This document shows positions 30,601 to 46,300 of a stretch of 64,000 nucleotides of DNA, in pieces. Position 1 is the stretch's first letter, and each line of letters begins with the position of its first letter. The notes beneath the pieces were generated by a model that did no database searches, was not told where the DNA came from, and saw only the letters and a program-made list of their open reading frames with translations. Source of the DNA: the human T2T-CHM13v2.0 reference genome, Homo sapiens. Position numbers and translations under genes: made by a program. Location: the NCBI RefSeq assembly GCF_009914755.1, contig NC_060929.1; one strand, given 5' to 3'.

Positions 30601-31195
30601 CAACGCTAACGTCCATATGCCAGGACAAGAAGTCTTCATCAGATAATGAGGACATTTCGCCAGATAGACAACCAGATGTTCAATCTGACACAATTTATAG
30701 TTTCTAAGCTAATACACATGACTTTGGAATAAGTGGTCAATGCCATGTCTGCATACTATATACGGTATTTTTAAAAATTTATTCACACATATGGTAGCTA
30801 CCCCATGCCCACACTTTATGAGGAGCATCCCTGAGAGATCTCCTAAGGTGGAGAAGACACAGACACTCCACAACCACAAAGCTAAGAGAACGTCATTACG
30901 GACAGTCCAAAAAGAGGGAGACGTACGCAGTAGCCTGAAAAACAGATACAGGATGTTTTGCATTAAAAATAGGAAGGAGACAGGGTGACTCAATTTGGAA
31001 ACAAAAGGCTGAAAACTCAACACGTGTCTTTAGATAGACAGGAGAGAAGACTATTCCTGAAACTGTTCAACGGAACAGAGTTCATGAGAAATAGGGTTGG
31101 AGATGCAGTTACTGAAAGAAAAAAAAAGAAAGAGGAATTTCACTGTGAATGATCCAAATGTAAAGACACTGGTTAGAAAAAAAAAAAACAAAACA

Positions 31196-31537
<342 letters not shown>

Positions 31538-32819
31538 TACTACTAAATAAAGAGAAAATGGGCTTCAGATGAATTTGGATTATTGTTGGGATTAATAAAT
31601 TAGAAAAGCAAGCTATAAATTAATTATATTTTGTCTTCCAGTCTAGAGAAAATGCTAGAAAAATAGATTTCAGTTTGTTTGCATTGAATGTGCTAGGGTC
31701 ACATTTTTGGGTAAAGTATGCCTAAAAAGAGAAAGGTAAATCAAAGTCTTACATTTTCAGAGCAACAAAGGAATCTGTCACCTTTATAATATTTAATATA
31801 GAAACTTAGCAATATATTGTCTACTGTTTAGAACTATAAGTATATTAGCAGAAGGCTGCTGAGTTCATATACAACATTAGCAAGCAAATTCCATTTCTTA
31901 CAAATAAACACATCATATGAAATAATCGATATACAGTATTGCCCAATCACTGTGACCATCACAAGCCTTCAAGTGGAAAGTTATAGTACTCAGAGATGAA
32001 GTAAGACAGTTTGGGTAACAGTTGAGTACCTTTGGAAGCTTCGTGTTTCTTAAATTTTATTTAAAAAGACAAACCCTAAATAGCTATATATACCCAGCTC
32101 TTTAACACTGCATTTGCCCACTCTGTTCTTGGAGTCATAAAATGTCAATTAAAAAAAAAAACTTTTATTTTGTAATTTTCCTCAGAAGGATAACTCAGGA
32201 TTCTCCAGCAAAAGCTTGAAATGCTGTGGGTTGATTCAACCTCTGACCTATGGTAATTGAGTCTGTCTGCCTATGTTTTCAGCTCCGAAAAGGAAAAACA
32301 TGACAACTGGCTGTGTTTTCAGAATGAAAAGGGCAAATCCAACTTTCAGTATAGGAAGTCTGAGTTGTGTGGGGCAGAGGTACTGTGGGAAGGGTGCCCA
32401 GGTGCCCACATATAGTGGAATTAATGGTGAGAACTTTGATGGGTGGAGATGGTAGAACAGGCCTTCCAGGGGACAGTGGAAAAATGAATGCAAAATCATG
32501 AAGGAAAGGAGCATGGCCTTGAGTCACAAGCATGGGGTCCTTGCACAGAAATAATCAGGAGCTAAGTTCGTAAGCATTTGGGGGTCTTAAAGTGAAACGC
32601 CTTGCACTAAGCTGTCTGTCTTTTATCCTGTATGCACTAGGAAAGAAAGAATGAAGGTCCGCAACCAACACCAAGCTCTGAGAAGTTGACTTGGATGATG
32701 TTCTACCCAGCTCTCATCTAAAGGAGTAGAGTCCCCAAGCCAGAGGAAGCTGTCAGAGAGCTTCTCAGCTGTGAAGATTCTATGAGGTCCCAAAGGTTAA
32801 TGATGCCAGTTACAGAAGC

Positions 32820-33090
32820 TTGACAGAGCAAAAGGGGAAGGATGTGTCACTTGGCTGTGTGGCTGGCTGATCTTAGGGAATGAGAAAGCAAATGTGATGG
32901 AGGTGACCAAGGGGTGACAATGCTTCACCACCATGATGAAGAGCATACAGGGGACTGGGGGTCAGAGGGAAGTGAGGATAGGGAAGTAGGGAGTGTGCTT
33001 GGTTTGGAAAATGTAGATTATTGATGCACCCTTGAGCTGTTTAGACAGAGGTGGCCAAAGACAGCTGGAGGATGGTGACTTCATATTAGG
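32820..33090 (-). mobile_element. Degraded L2 fragment
   Basis: ttggtttggaaaatgtagat...gatgcacc...gaggtggcc...gacagctgga resembles antisense L2. Confidence 0.4.
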
Positions 33091-36000
33091 ATTCAGGGCT
33101 GCCACACCACTCAGCTTCAGGAGTTACCTGTCCTCTTGTTTTCCATGTGCCTGGTGCTTCTCAGAGTTGTGTAGTGTGGTGGCCTTGGGAAAGGGTCACT
33201 ACTAATAGTTTCAAGAAGCCTGAAAATCAATGCAACACATCTACCTGCATTCAGAAAAAATATCTCCTACTTTTGCTTGACTGATGTAGGTCAATATAAC
33301 ACCCCTGCGGAACTCACATCTCCACACAGGTATGTGGACTATGGTCACGCTCTTTCATGGTACATTAGCTGTACATACACAGCCACACTGTCAGTTTCAG
33401 GACGGAGGTGGAATACTCCATCCTGTTTGGACATCCCTTGCCCTCACAGCTCTGAAAGACTGCTGTTGCAACATCTGCCCAGGTGTGTGTCAGCCTACCT
33501 ATGGGAACCTGAACCCCAAAGTCCTCTTGAGTGTGGTTAGTTCCTATCAGCTCCATTCCTATCACTCCACATCCCTTTCATGTTTCTTTCCTGGATATAT
33601 TTTCCTTTATATTATTCAAGACACATTAAATAAAAGTTATGGACACAAAATTCTGCAGGCTGTGGTAGGGTAGAAACCAATATGAATGTAAGTTAGCCAC
33701 TGTGACTTCCAGAAGATGGTGAGCCAGAGGGTTGGTGCCTTGGTAACCTTCTAGCATGGCCCAGTCTGGGGTGCCTGCCTCAACTGCCCTGAACCTTCCC
33801 CTCAATACAACATGTGGAGATAATGTCCCCAATGTCAACACTGTCAATGTCCCCAGCCTTGACACTAGGGACACTGTCTCAACACATCGTATTTCCCCAG
33901 GAAGCAATGCTCAGTACACGCATGAAGGTGAGCTTCCTTCATTTTAACGAGATTCCGCTTCCTGCACTCATCCTCAGGTACCTCCAAATATCCAGGCATT
34001 CACACAAAGAGCTCCACGGGCTCATGATCTATTATTTCTGTCACATCGATAGGAATCTAAGTATTTTCCTTCATGAAATCATATAATATTAGACTCATGG
34101 GAACTGTTATTCAAACATAATTATGCATGGATCCTTACATCCACATATACAATATATGAAACAAAAGTGTAGCTGCTCTTGTTGGCATGAGTGGAGAGGG
34201 ATCCCAAATTCTCAGAACCTCCCCTAAGGCTCCAAGGAAATTCGGGCTCTGCAAACCTTAGATTAACAAACCCTGAGATAGGTGAACCTGATTTTACCAG
34301 TGAGAAAAATGAGGCCTGCTATATGGTAACGGCGTTCTCTCTTCTAAATCTGAGCTGTCTCTGCCCATGTCACAGTAAATATATGCCTCTTTTAAATGCA
34401 TATGGAGACATTTTTCAATTAGTTTCATTCTCAGGCAACTGACAGGGTAGTAAAAGATGTGACTCACAGAATTTTATATCTATTATATGACTTGGCTGCA
34501 ACACAGCAAATGTATTATGATATTGATTGGCAGCAACTAATAAACAGCATTACAGAAATAATGCAACCACAATAAATGAGACTGGAGTCAAACCAAAAGA
34601 CTTTGAAAATGAATACTTTGGTAATTATGACCCTCTCTATAAATATAATGGGCAAGGTAGAGAAGCAATTTTTAATGTGTGATATTGTTATGAGTAATAC
34701 ACAGAACCGCAAGCAATAAATCCAAGGGAATTATGTAAACTATGATATCTTGCTCACAATATGGTGTTAGTTTTACATTAAAATGTTATAAAAATGAATT
34801 GTATAACTTTCCCCCCCAAAAAAAGAAATAATTAGGAAAAGCATGACAAGGATCTTAGTGAATTATATACTGCATATACAATGGGATATTGGAAAGTACT
34901 CTTTGTGCAAATAAAATGTCACATTATTCTCTCTACCATTCCAGTTAAGTAAAATCAGAATTATGACTTGTCTGTCAGAGGGGCCAAACTCAAACACCTT
35001 TTGCTGAAGTTGAAAGTTGATCAGTTTCTCTGGTCTGATATTTCAGTATGCGGCTGGTGACTTCAAGGTGATCAGTTTCTGTCTGATGAATGAATGAATA
35101 CTTGTCACCAGTCCTATGAGATGGGCTTGGCCACATGCTGACATACTCATTCTAGGGACATAGCATGTAAGATCAGGGTCAGCAAATAACAACCACTCCC
35201 TACCTGAACACCCACTGAGGGCAAACAGATGAAGAGCTACTGCTGCATGAGATGAGATTATGGCTTGGGTCATATCTTCCAAGGTCTACGTAATGAAATT
35301 TAGTAGACCCTATTAGGGAAAAGTAATGCTTACCAGTATGCCAAGGCTTCTCTGAACTATAAATCCATTTATTAATCTCTGGCTAAGTCTGTATAGTCTT
35401 ACTCAAGGCCATAGTTTCAAACATGATATGTGCAGACAGCTGTCAGTCTGGAGATCTAGCCATTCCTATGTCCAGCCCTGTATTTTTCTGTCCTCCAAGC
35501 ATCACTAACTGGATAGCCCATAGCATCTTCAACACAACGCCCTTCCCCTCACTGCACAGAAAGCAGCCGCACGGCTGAGCCTCCTATTCTAGTGAATGCT
35601 CCGTCATCTTCCCCTCATGCAAGTCTTTTTTTTTTTTTTTTTTTTTTTTTGCCTCTTCTCACCATTGACATTCTCAGCACTCAAACCAAATAACTTGTCA
35701 AGCCTTTCAAAATGGGCCACAAGTGAAATTTTAGGTACTTTTCCCCTGGAAGTCAGAAAGCCTCCCCAGTCATCACACTACCTGCAGTATCTTCCACCAC
35801 AATCCATCCTAATGAGATCCCAGTGGAGCCACAACTTACATGCAATTAACATGTGTGAACTCTACTAAATTCCCTCAGTGCTGAGAGCGAGTTAGTCTGC
35901 TTATTACAGATATGAACTTTCTATATAATGTGGCTCCTGTCCATAAGCCAATGACTTTATCTTGTTCTCAAATATGGAAATCTATTACAGGGCTGGAAGA

Positions 36001-38731
36001 AAACTGGTGATGTTGGAATTTTTAAGAGACAGTATTCCTGTATATCATGTTTAATGGAGTAATGAAGAGATTATTAAAAGGTACTTTCAGCAGCTCACAA
36101 TTTTACCTGCCACACTGAGTTTAAAATCTAATCTGTATAAATTGAGACTCCACCACGAATTTAGTAATACACAAACCTACACATGGTTTCTGCCTCAGAG
36201 CATTTAAATCTGCCAGTAAAGAACTACTCATGCTTCTCTTTGGCCACCAAGGCCTTTCCCAAAGGAATAACAATTTGCTTCTCAAAAAGTCTTAATTTAT
36301 CTCCATTTCTCTGCCCAAATCATCTTTCTTACCATTTGACCCCATGGATTTGCTCATTCTGTTTCTTCCATCTAGAATGCACTTTGCCCACCTGATCGGT
36401 TTCTGATTCACATATTTTACTTACCTATCTCAAATGTATCCCAAGTTCACTCACTCATAAAGCTTTCCCCCCTTCCTTTACTTGAATACTTATAGAATTC
36501 TATATCTCTTCCAAGTATTATGCTCTTATGAGCATTTCTGGTCAATTTCCACACTGACCTGAAACCATCCCACAAAGTGAATGACAAGGTGCAGAGATGC
36601 TGGGTTGAGAGTTGGAGGGGAGATTCTTAATGTTTCAATACACTCTAATGTTTTAACAGGTAGAACTTTTGACTCCTTCAAGTTTATATGTGGCTACCTC
36701 ATGAGCTCTATTCTTTTGTAAGAATTAATAAACAATCTACCTTGTTGAGTATGGCACATTTAATAAAGATACATCTATGGATTTAATACATTTGTTTTCC
36801 CTACAGACTTGGGTCTGTAAGCAATCTTCCATTTTTCCAGGTTGACTCTAATACGTCATGAAAGCTAACATTTCACTATAAGGACTAAAAATAACAAGAT
36901 ACGTGGGAAAATCATTCTGTACAGATACTTGATAACCGTGAACGCACTAAGGATAAGATAACTTCATTCCAGAGAGCAAAGAGTCCTTGCTAGGTGACTC
37001 GACGTGCACTGTCTCTTTTCTTCTCTGGGGTCAATGCAGCCTGAGACAGTGCAGAGGAACCGGGGTAAAGAGAAACCTGCATACATTTGGTATTAATTGA
37101 AAAAGAGTCGGTGAAACCATGTTTAGAGTTTACTCAGGGCAGAGAACTGCTTGCGTTTTCACCAGCATAGGTTATAATGGAAAGGGTACATGAATAGACT
37201 CCTCCTAAGTTATCATCTTAGTACTAAAACTAACTTAGTATTAGAACAAAAGTTTCTCTAGGCAAACCTTGACAGCACTTTTAAAAAGCCTCAAAAAGAG
37301 CCAACGGACTCAAATAACTGAACTATGCATCAGAAGCAAATGTAATAGTATCTAAAGGAATACAACAAAATATATCAACCAAAAACAAACACAAAACCCA
37401 GTATCTGGCACTCAATAAGAAAGAATGAGAAAAACATGACTACTAACCAGGATAAGAGTTAATTAATAAAAACTACTCAGAAATGACAGATATGATGGAA
37501 CTAGAAGAAAAAGGACATAAAACAGATGCAAAAAATACTTCATATGATCACAAAAATTAAGGAGAACAGAGACATGAAAGAGAGTGATAAAAGTTCTCTA
37601 AAAGGCACATGAAACTTCCATAGACACTAGGAAGTCTGAATTTAAAATACACTAGATTGGAATATCAGCAAAATGTACATCGCAGAAGAAATGATCACAA
37701 ACTTGAAGACATAGCAACAGAAAATATTAAATGTGAAGCAAAGAAATAAAAAAATAAATAAAATGCAAATAGTATTGATAATCTGTGGGACAATATCAAA
37801 CAGTCTAACACATCTACAACTGGAATCTCAGAATAAAGGAAGAAATGAAGAAAAAATATAAAAATAGAATGGCCAAAATTTTATAAATTTGATGCAAACT
37901 ATAAATAGCTGATTCAACAAATTTTACAAATCCTAAGAAGATTAAAATTATAAAAAAGCGAGATATCATAATCAAAATTCTGCTACCAGCAATAGGAAGA
38001 AAACTTAAAAACAGAGGAGAGAAGACACATTATGTAATGAGGGACAAAAAAGAAAAAACATAGATTTTCTTCAGAAACAGAACATGTCAGAGACAGTAGA
38101 GACATCCTTTAGTACGGAAAGAAAGAAGAAAAAAGGAAGCAAAGGAAGAGAAAGACAGAAAGAAAAAAGAGGAGGAAAGAAGGAAGGAAGAAAGAGGAAA
38201 GGAAAGAAAAAAGAAGAGAAAATAAAAGAGAAAAAAATTCAATTTTTAAAATCTAGCACAAATATCTCTTATAAATAAAAAAGATACAAAGATTTATTAC
38301 AGTAGCAGAAGCTGGAGAATTTATGAACAGGAGACATCCACAAGAAAAAATATGCTAAAATTATTTAAGCAGAAGAAAAATGGTTCCAGATAGAAATTTG
38401 GATCTATATAAAGTAATGAAGAGCACCAGAAGTGATCAATGTATAGACAGATATATAAAGTGCTCCTTTGTATATTTTAATAAATTTGAAAGACAATTCA
38501 TGGTTTCGTACAAAACAAATCCACAATGTCTTATGAATTTTATAACATTTGTAGAATTAAAACGTTTGACAAAAACAGCACAAGGGATGGAAGCTGTAAG
38601 TATACTATTGTAAGGTGATGTATTCCTTATAAAGTTATGTAATAGTAGTAGAAACAAAATGGAATCAAAAAATAATAATCAATGCAAAAGAAGACAAATA
38701 AATAGGAAATGGAGGAACAAATAACAGGTAG

Positions 38732-39064
<333 letters not shown>

Positions 39065-40636
39065 TCAAAAATATAATTGTAATATGACACATTTAAATCC
39101 AACAACATCAATAATTACATTAAATATAAATGCCTGTAATGTCACAAAAGGCAAAAAATTTCAGATTATTTTTTGTAATGAAGACCAAAATATAAGTAGC
39201 CACAAGGAATGCACTTAAAATATATATCACTATATATATTCACATTTTATTGTATATATTTATAAATTTGTATCTTATTATATATTATATATGTAATATG
39301 TACATATAAATATCTATATTTTAAAATCTCTGTAAACCTAAGAGGACTGACATACACAATGCAATTAAATTGGAAATAAATAACAAGAAGATATCTGGAA
39401 AAATCCACAAATAATTGGAAATTAAATAATGCACAATAATATAAATATGGATCAGAGAATAAATCACAAGAAACATTGGAAAATATTTTAAACTGACCAA
39501 AAATGAAAAAGAAACATCAAAATAACTGGGACATAGATGAAGCCATGAAAAGAGTTAATTTGATAGGGTCACATACTTATATTAGAAAATAAGAAATGTC
39601 AAAATCAATGATTTTGGCTTCTACCCAAAAGATATATATTTTTTAAAAGAGCAAATGAAACTCAAGTAGCAGAAGAAAGAAAATTATAAAAATAAGAGCA
39701 GAAATCAATAAAAGAGAAAACGCATAAAATTTTAAAAACTCAAAGAATTTAATTTGATCACTTCAAACGATCAACACAGTTTCGATAAACGTTGGGACAA
39801 GTTGAAAAGAAAGAAAAAAAAAAAAGAAAACACATCACCAATAACAGAAATGAAAGTGAGTACTTTCTTATAAATCCTACAGAAAAATAAAAACATATTA
39901 GGAAAGTACATTTATACCAGTAAATTTGGCAACTGAGATTAAGTGAACAAATTTATTGAACACCACAAAATCCCAAAAATCATTTAAGAAAAAAATAGAT
40001 CACATAGTAGCCCTATAATGATTTTGGAAGTTGAATGTATATTAAAAACCTGCTTATAAAGAAACCCATGTTCATATGGCTAGCATGGTGAATTATTCCA
40101 AACATTAAAGGAAAATGTAATACCAACCCTACACAAACTCTTCCAAAAAAACAGAGCAGGTGTAAAAACTTTCCAACTAATTTTATGAAACTAGCATGAC
40201 ACTGGCACCAAGATCAGACACAGACATTATAAAAGTAAAATCACACACTAAAATTCTTATCAAAACTTTTAGCTAACTGGTTCCAGAAATATATGAAAAG
40301 GATAACACTTTATAATATATGGCTTAGTTAAGGGAGACCACGTTGTTTTAGCACTTAAAAATCAATAAATGTAATTGACCATACTAACAGACTTAGAGAA
40401 TAAAAACCATATGATCACCTCAATAGATACAAAAAAGAATTTGAAAAAATTCAAGATGCATTCAAGACTTTTTAAATCACACCACAAAATAGAAGCAGAG
40501 AGAACATTCTCATATTGATAAAAACTGCACACTAGAAATAAAATGGTATTCCTTTAGCCCAATAAAGAGAACCCATGCAACCTTACAACAAACATATATT
40601 CATAGTGAAGGACAATTTTTTTTTATCATTAGGTGA

Positions 40637-41041
<405 letters not shown>

Positions 41042-41189
41042 TAAATAAAGGCACTTAGATTAGAAAGGAAAAAAATAAAACTCTTCACTTACAGGCATCC
41101 TAAACATTTCTGTAAAATTCCTGAAAAATGTACAAAAAGCTACTAGAATTAATATGTGAGTTTATCAAGGTCATAGGCGAGATGGTCAA

Positions 41190-41564
41190 TGTCAGTCCAT
41201 TTTATGGCGCTATAACAGAAAATTATGGACAGGGTAATTTGTCATAAACATACATTTAATGGCTCATTATTCTGGAAGCTAGGCAGTCCAAAATTGATCT
41301 TTCAGGGTGTTCTTACTGCATTACTTCATGTTGTAAGGGCAAAGAGAGGGCAAGAGAGAGGAAAAAAAGGGGGCCAAACCCATCCTTTCATAAGGAAACC
41401 ACCCTTGTGATAAAGAACCCATTCCCACAATAATAGCATTAATCCATCGATGAGAGCAGAGCACTCACAACCTAATCAGGTCTTAATGATCCCACCTCTT
41501 TAGACTAGTACAATGGCATTTAAATTTCAACATAAGTTTTGGAGGGAACATTCAAATGATAGCA
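41190..41564 (-). mobile_element. MST-family MaLR solo LTR
   Basis: TG...CA termini, 5-bp TSD GTCAA (41185-41189 and 41565-41569), and MST motifs (gcattaatccat, acctaatca, tttcaacat). Confidence 0.85.
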
Positions 41565-43399
41565 GTCAATATATGAAAATCAATTGCATTTATATATATG
41601 ATAAATATTTAGAAATTAAAAGTTTTAGAAGTATCATATATAGTAGCCTAAAATTATAAAATACTCAAGAATTTAACAAAGCATAGGATTCAATATTGAT
41701 AATATATCTAGCCTTTCCAAATGGATCTATATATTTAATGTAATTCCAACCAAAAGTCTAGCAAACCCTTTTGTAGAAATTGGTTAGTTGATTTTTTAAA
41801 TTACATGTAAATGAAGAATCTAGAATAGCCAAATCAACATTTAAAATTAACAACAAATCTGGAGGCTTTCTAATATATAACTTTAAGCATTACTCTAAAA
41901 TTAGTAATTAGGACAGCGTGGTATTGGTATAAGAATACATATATAAATTAATTGAACATAATGAAGAGTCTATAAATATACCCACATATATATAATCAAT
42001 AAATCTTTGGCAAAAATATCAGTGTAATACAATAAGAAATGATATAGTTTTTAACATATTGTCTTAGAAAAGATAGATAACCATTTGGAAAAATAAATAT
42101 CATCCACTTCTCACCATTCACATAAATTAACTAGAAGTGAATAATACACCTAAATGTAAGAGCTTAACCTATAAAATTTCTAGAAAAAATATCTTTATGA
42201 CCTTGAATTAGGCAACCATAAATTATAAAGTTATAAATCAATAAATTACATTTCATCAATTTTTTTTGCCTTTTCAAAGACACCATTAGAAAAAGAAAAG
42301 GGAAGCCACAAACTGGAAACCACTTGCAAATATATATCTGAACAAGAATTTGTGTTCAGAATATATTTAAAATCTGTTATATCACAATATTCATAAGACA
42401 CATAATCAAATTTTTAAAAGGTAAAGTTTTTAATAGTGCATCAAAAAGAATATAGGAATTGAAAATGGTCATAACAAAAAATGCTCAAAATTATCAATTA
42501 TTAGGTAAAATTCAATTAAAACCACTATAGAATACCTGTCTTCAGTCACTAGAATGGCTAAAGTAAAAAGACCGGCAATACTAATTTTGATGAGGATAAA
42601 GAGCAGCTGTAATTCTTATAAATTTCTCATGGGGATGTAAAATGGTATAGCCAGTGGGGAAATATTTTGCTCTTTTTATACAACTTTATACCTACCAAAT
42701 GGCCAAGCAATTTCACTTTTAAGTGCTTTTCCAAAAGAATTAAAAGCATGTAATAAAAAGTATTTATTCATAAATGCTCATAGCAACTTTATTAATAATG
42801 AACAAAAACAAAAAAAACCCAAATTTTATTTCACTGGTGAATGAATGAATAAATTGTGGTATACCCCTATATCAAAATACTAGTCAGCAATAAACAGGAC
42901 TAAAGTACTGTTGTACACAGCAATATAAATGACTCTCAAATGCATTGTGTTCAATGAATGTGACTATACAGAATTCTAGTAAAATACTATACTTACAAAA
43001 AGTAGATCAGTGACTGCAAAGGACTGAGCCAAAAAGGAGGAGACTGACTCAAAAACCACACAAGGGTATTTTGGGAGGTGATGGAAAAATTATGTGTTCT
43101 GATTCCACTTAAAATTGGTGAATATTATTGGATTTGTATTGTCTCTCAATACAGCTAATTTAGAGTAAAAATATGTAATGAAATGCTTTCAGGCAAACAT
43201 TGAGTGAATTCATCCTATAAGAAACATGATAGTAATAATAATAATTAGAAAATGAAAATTCTTTCCTGGACTCAACTGATTCTAGATGTGAGTATGGTAC
43301 TGCTGAAAAAATAAAATTTACCAGAAAGAACAAATATGTGGGCAAATATACAAGAATAATGAGTGTTATACACAAAATAATACTATTCTGTGGGAGACT

Positions 43400-46300
43400 G
43401 ACATATATAAAAGAACATAATAAGATTAGAAAAAAAGGGCATGGGTAAATTATGAGATATTGTTCAAAACATAACAAAAGCAAAACTTAAGTTAGGCTGC
43501 AATAATTTAAAGATGCATATTGAAACTTCTATGGTAAACCCTAAAAAAGGTAATACAAGACTATGTAAAATTTAAGAGATAACAGAGGAGAGTAAATGGG
43601 AAAAAATATTTGATTAATTCAAAATAAGAAAAAAGAATAAAGGAACAAATAATCCAGTAGGAAATGTAGAAAGTATACAGTGAGATGGTAGATTTAGACC
43701 CAATTATATAAATGAATACTTTTAATATAAATGAGCTAAATCTTATTTTAAAAAAATTAAAAACATTGTCAGTTTGAATAAAGAGAAGCAAGATGCATAT
43801 ATAAGTTTTTAACCACCAAAAGTCACCAGAAATATAATGCACATGTGCTGACATTTAAAAATGGAAGAAGACACATCATATATATTAAGCAAAATAGATG
43901 CAGTGACAATAATAATAGACAAAAGTGATTTCAACAAAAAAAGTGTTACTAGTGTCAAATAGATACATTTCAAGATCATAAGTCAGGTCAACAGAGAGAC
44001 ACAACAATCTTAAATTCCTATGCTCCTGAAAACATAGCTTCATATTATTTAAAGCAAAAATGGACAGAACTAAAAGGAGAAACAGATAAATCTATTATTT
44101 TGATTGGAGAGTTTAGTACACCTCTCTCATTAATTGACACAACATGGAGAAGAAAATTGTATTATAAAGGAGATTCAAATAACACAATAAACCAATTTTA
44201 TGTGACTGACACACAGCCTAAGCCTGACAACTGCAGGGGTAGCACTTTTCTTCCGTGTATGTGGAAGGTTTTTAAAAACAGATCAAGCTCTGGTCCATAA
44301 AGCAGGAATCAACAAAATTTAGAGGATTGAAAGCACACAGTTACGGTATTTAAAAATAGTAGCAATAAACTAGCAATCAATAACTAAAATATAACAAAGA
44401 AGTCTACAGCTCTTTGGAAATTAAGCAACATTATTCTAAATAATATATGCAAAAAAGAAGAAATCACAGTGAAAAATTAAAAATATTTTGAACCAAAACA
44501 TATTAAATGTTCACCATTATTAAAACTTTTTAGGTGTACTACAGTGGCACTTAGAAAGAAATTGACAGCTTCAAATGCATACCTTGGAAAACAAGAAATA
44601 TATAAAATTAATGATGTAAGCTACCAACTCAAAATCTACAAGACTATGAATAATTAAATGAAAGATACAAGCAGAAGTCAAGGAAATAGGAAACTGGCAT
44701 ATAATAGAAGACATCAACAAAGTCTAAGGGTAGCTCTTGGAAAAGATTAATAAAATAAATAACCCCTAGCAAGATAGATTTTTTAAAGCCAAAATAATCT
44801 AATTAGCAGCATAAGAAATGAAAAGGAAGCTATTACAACAATTTTCTTAAATTTTAGAAAAATATAAATAATGAGGATATTATAAACTAATTTATGCTGA
44901 TAAATTTGACAATGTAGAGGAAATTAACAAATTCATTTTAAAAAGTATCAAAATGAACACAAGAAATAGACAAAGTATTAGTTCTATATCTACTTTTTTT
45001 AATGAACACATAATTTTTAAATTTCTATAGAAAATGTCACAGACTCAGATGTTCTCACTGCTTAATTCTTCCACTTATTTAAGAAGAAAATAATACTATA
45101 TTTATACAAACTCCTTCAAAAAATAGAGAAAAGGGAAACATATTACAATTTGTTTCTGAGGTCAGCATAACCCTGACTTGGCAAAAACATGGCAGAAAAA
45201 GAAAATCAGAGGCCAATATCTCTCATGAGCACATCATTATAAAGCTAAACAAAATATTAGCAAATCAAACTTGATGATATGTAAAATAAATAAATATCAT
45301 AACCAAGTGAAGTTTATTCCAGGAAGGCAAGGTTGGTTTAACATTTGAATATCAAACAATGCAATTCATTTTATTAGCAAAAAGAAAAAAATGGATATGA
45401 TTAAGTAAATATATGCCAAAATCTTTGAGACAGACTTCACTGCCCTAGGATAACTTAAAAAAAAATAGAACATTCTCAATCCCATAAGAAAAATCTATAA
45501 AACATGAACAGGAAACATAATTCTTATTGGTAAATTATCAAATATTTGTCCTCTGATGGTTGGGAAAAAGACACAAATGGCCACTATCATATTATATTAT
45601 CAGTATAACATTATAGTGGGGATCCCAGCCAGATTAATAATGAAAGAAAATAAGAATAAAATGTATACTTATGGGGAAAATATAACAAAGAAGTGTACAG
45701 CTCTTTAGAAATTAAACATTATTCTAAATAACATATGCATAAAAGAAGAAATCACAATGACAAATTAAAAATATTTTGAACCAAAATATATTAAATGCCC
45801 AATATTATTAAAACTTTTTAGATATACAACAGTGGCCCTTAGAAAGAAATTGACAGCTTTCTTATGGAAAAGGAAAAAGCAAGCCTGTCATTTTTGCAGA
45901 TCGCTTGATTGCATATAGAGAAAATACAAAAGGATCTATAAACAAACTATTGAAATTAGGAAGTGAGTTGTCAAAATATTGCTGGATACAAGATTCATAT
46001 ACAAAACTCAATAATATTTCCATATACTAGCAACAAATGATTGAAAATTAAAATTAAAATACAATTTATAACAGTAAATCAAAATCACCAAATGTTTAGA
46101 AATAATCCTGCCAAAGTATGTTAGGTTTATTCCTAACCTAACATGTAAATAAATGGAGAGATAGACCATGCTCTTGATTGGAGGTCTCAGTTGTATTCAG
46201 ATGTCAGTTCTCCATATATTGATGCCATTCAACACATTCAATGTAATCAGAATTTAAATTTTCACTGGCTTTTTGAAGAAAATTGACAAGATTATTTTAA

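Noticed and set aside
35626-35650. Isolated poly-T tracts (also 25211-25232) as tail-only retro-insertions
   Set aside because: No flanking TSD or element body is visible, so they were treated as simple mononucleotide runs.
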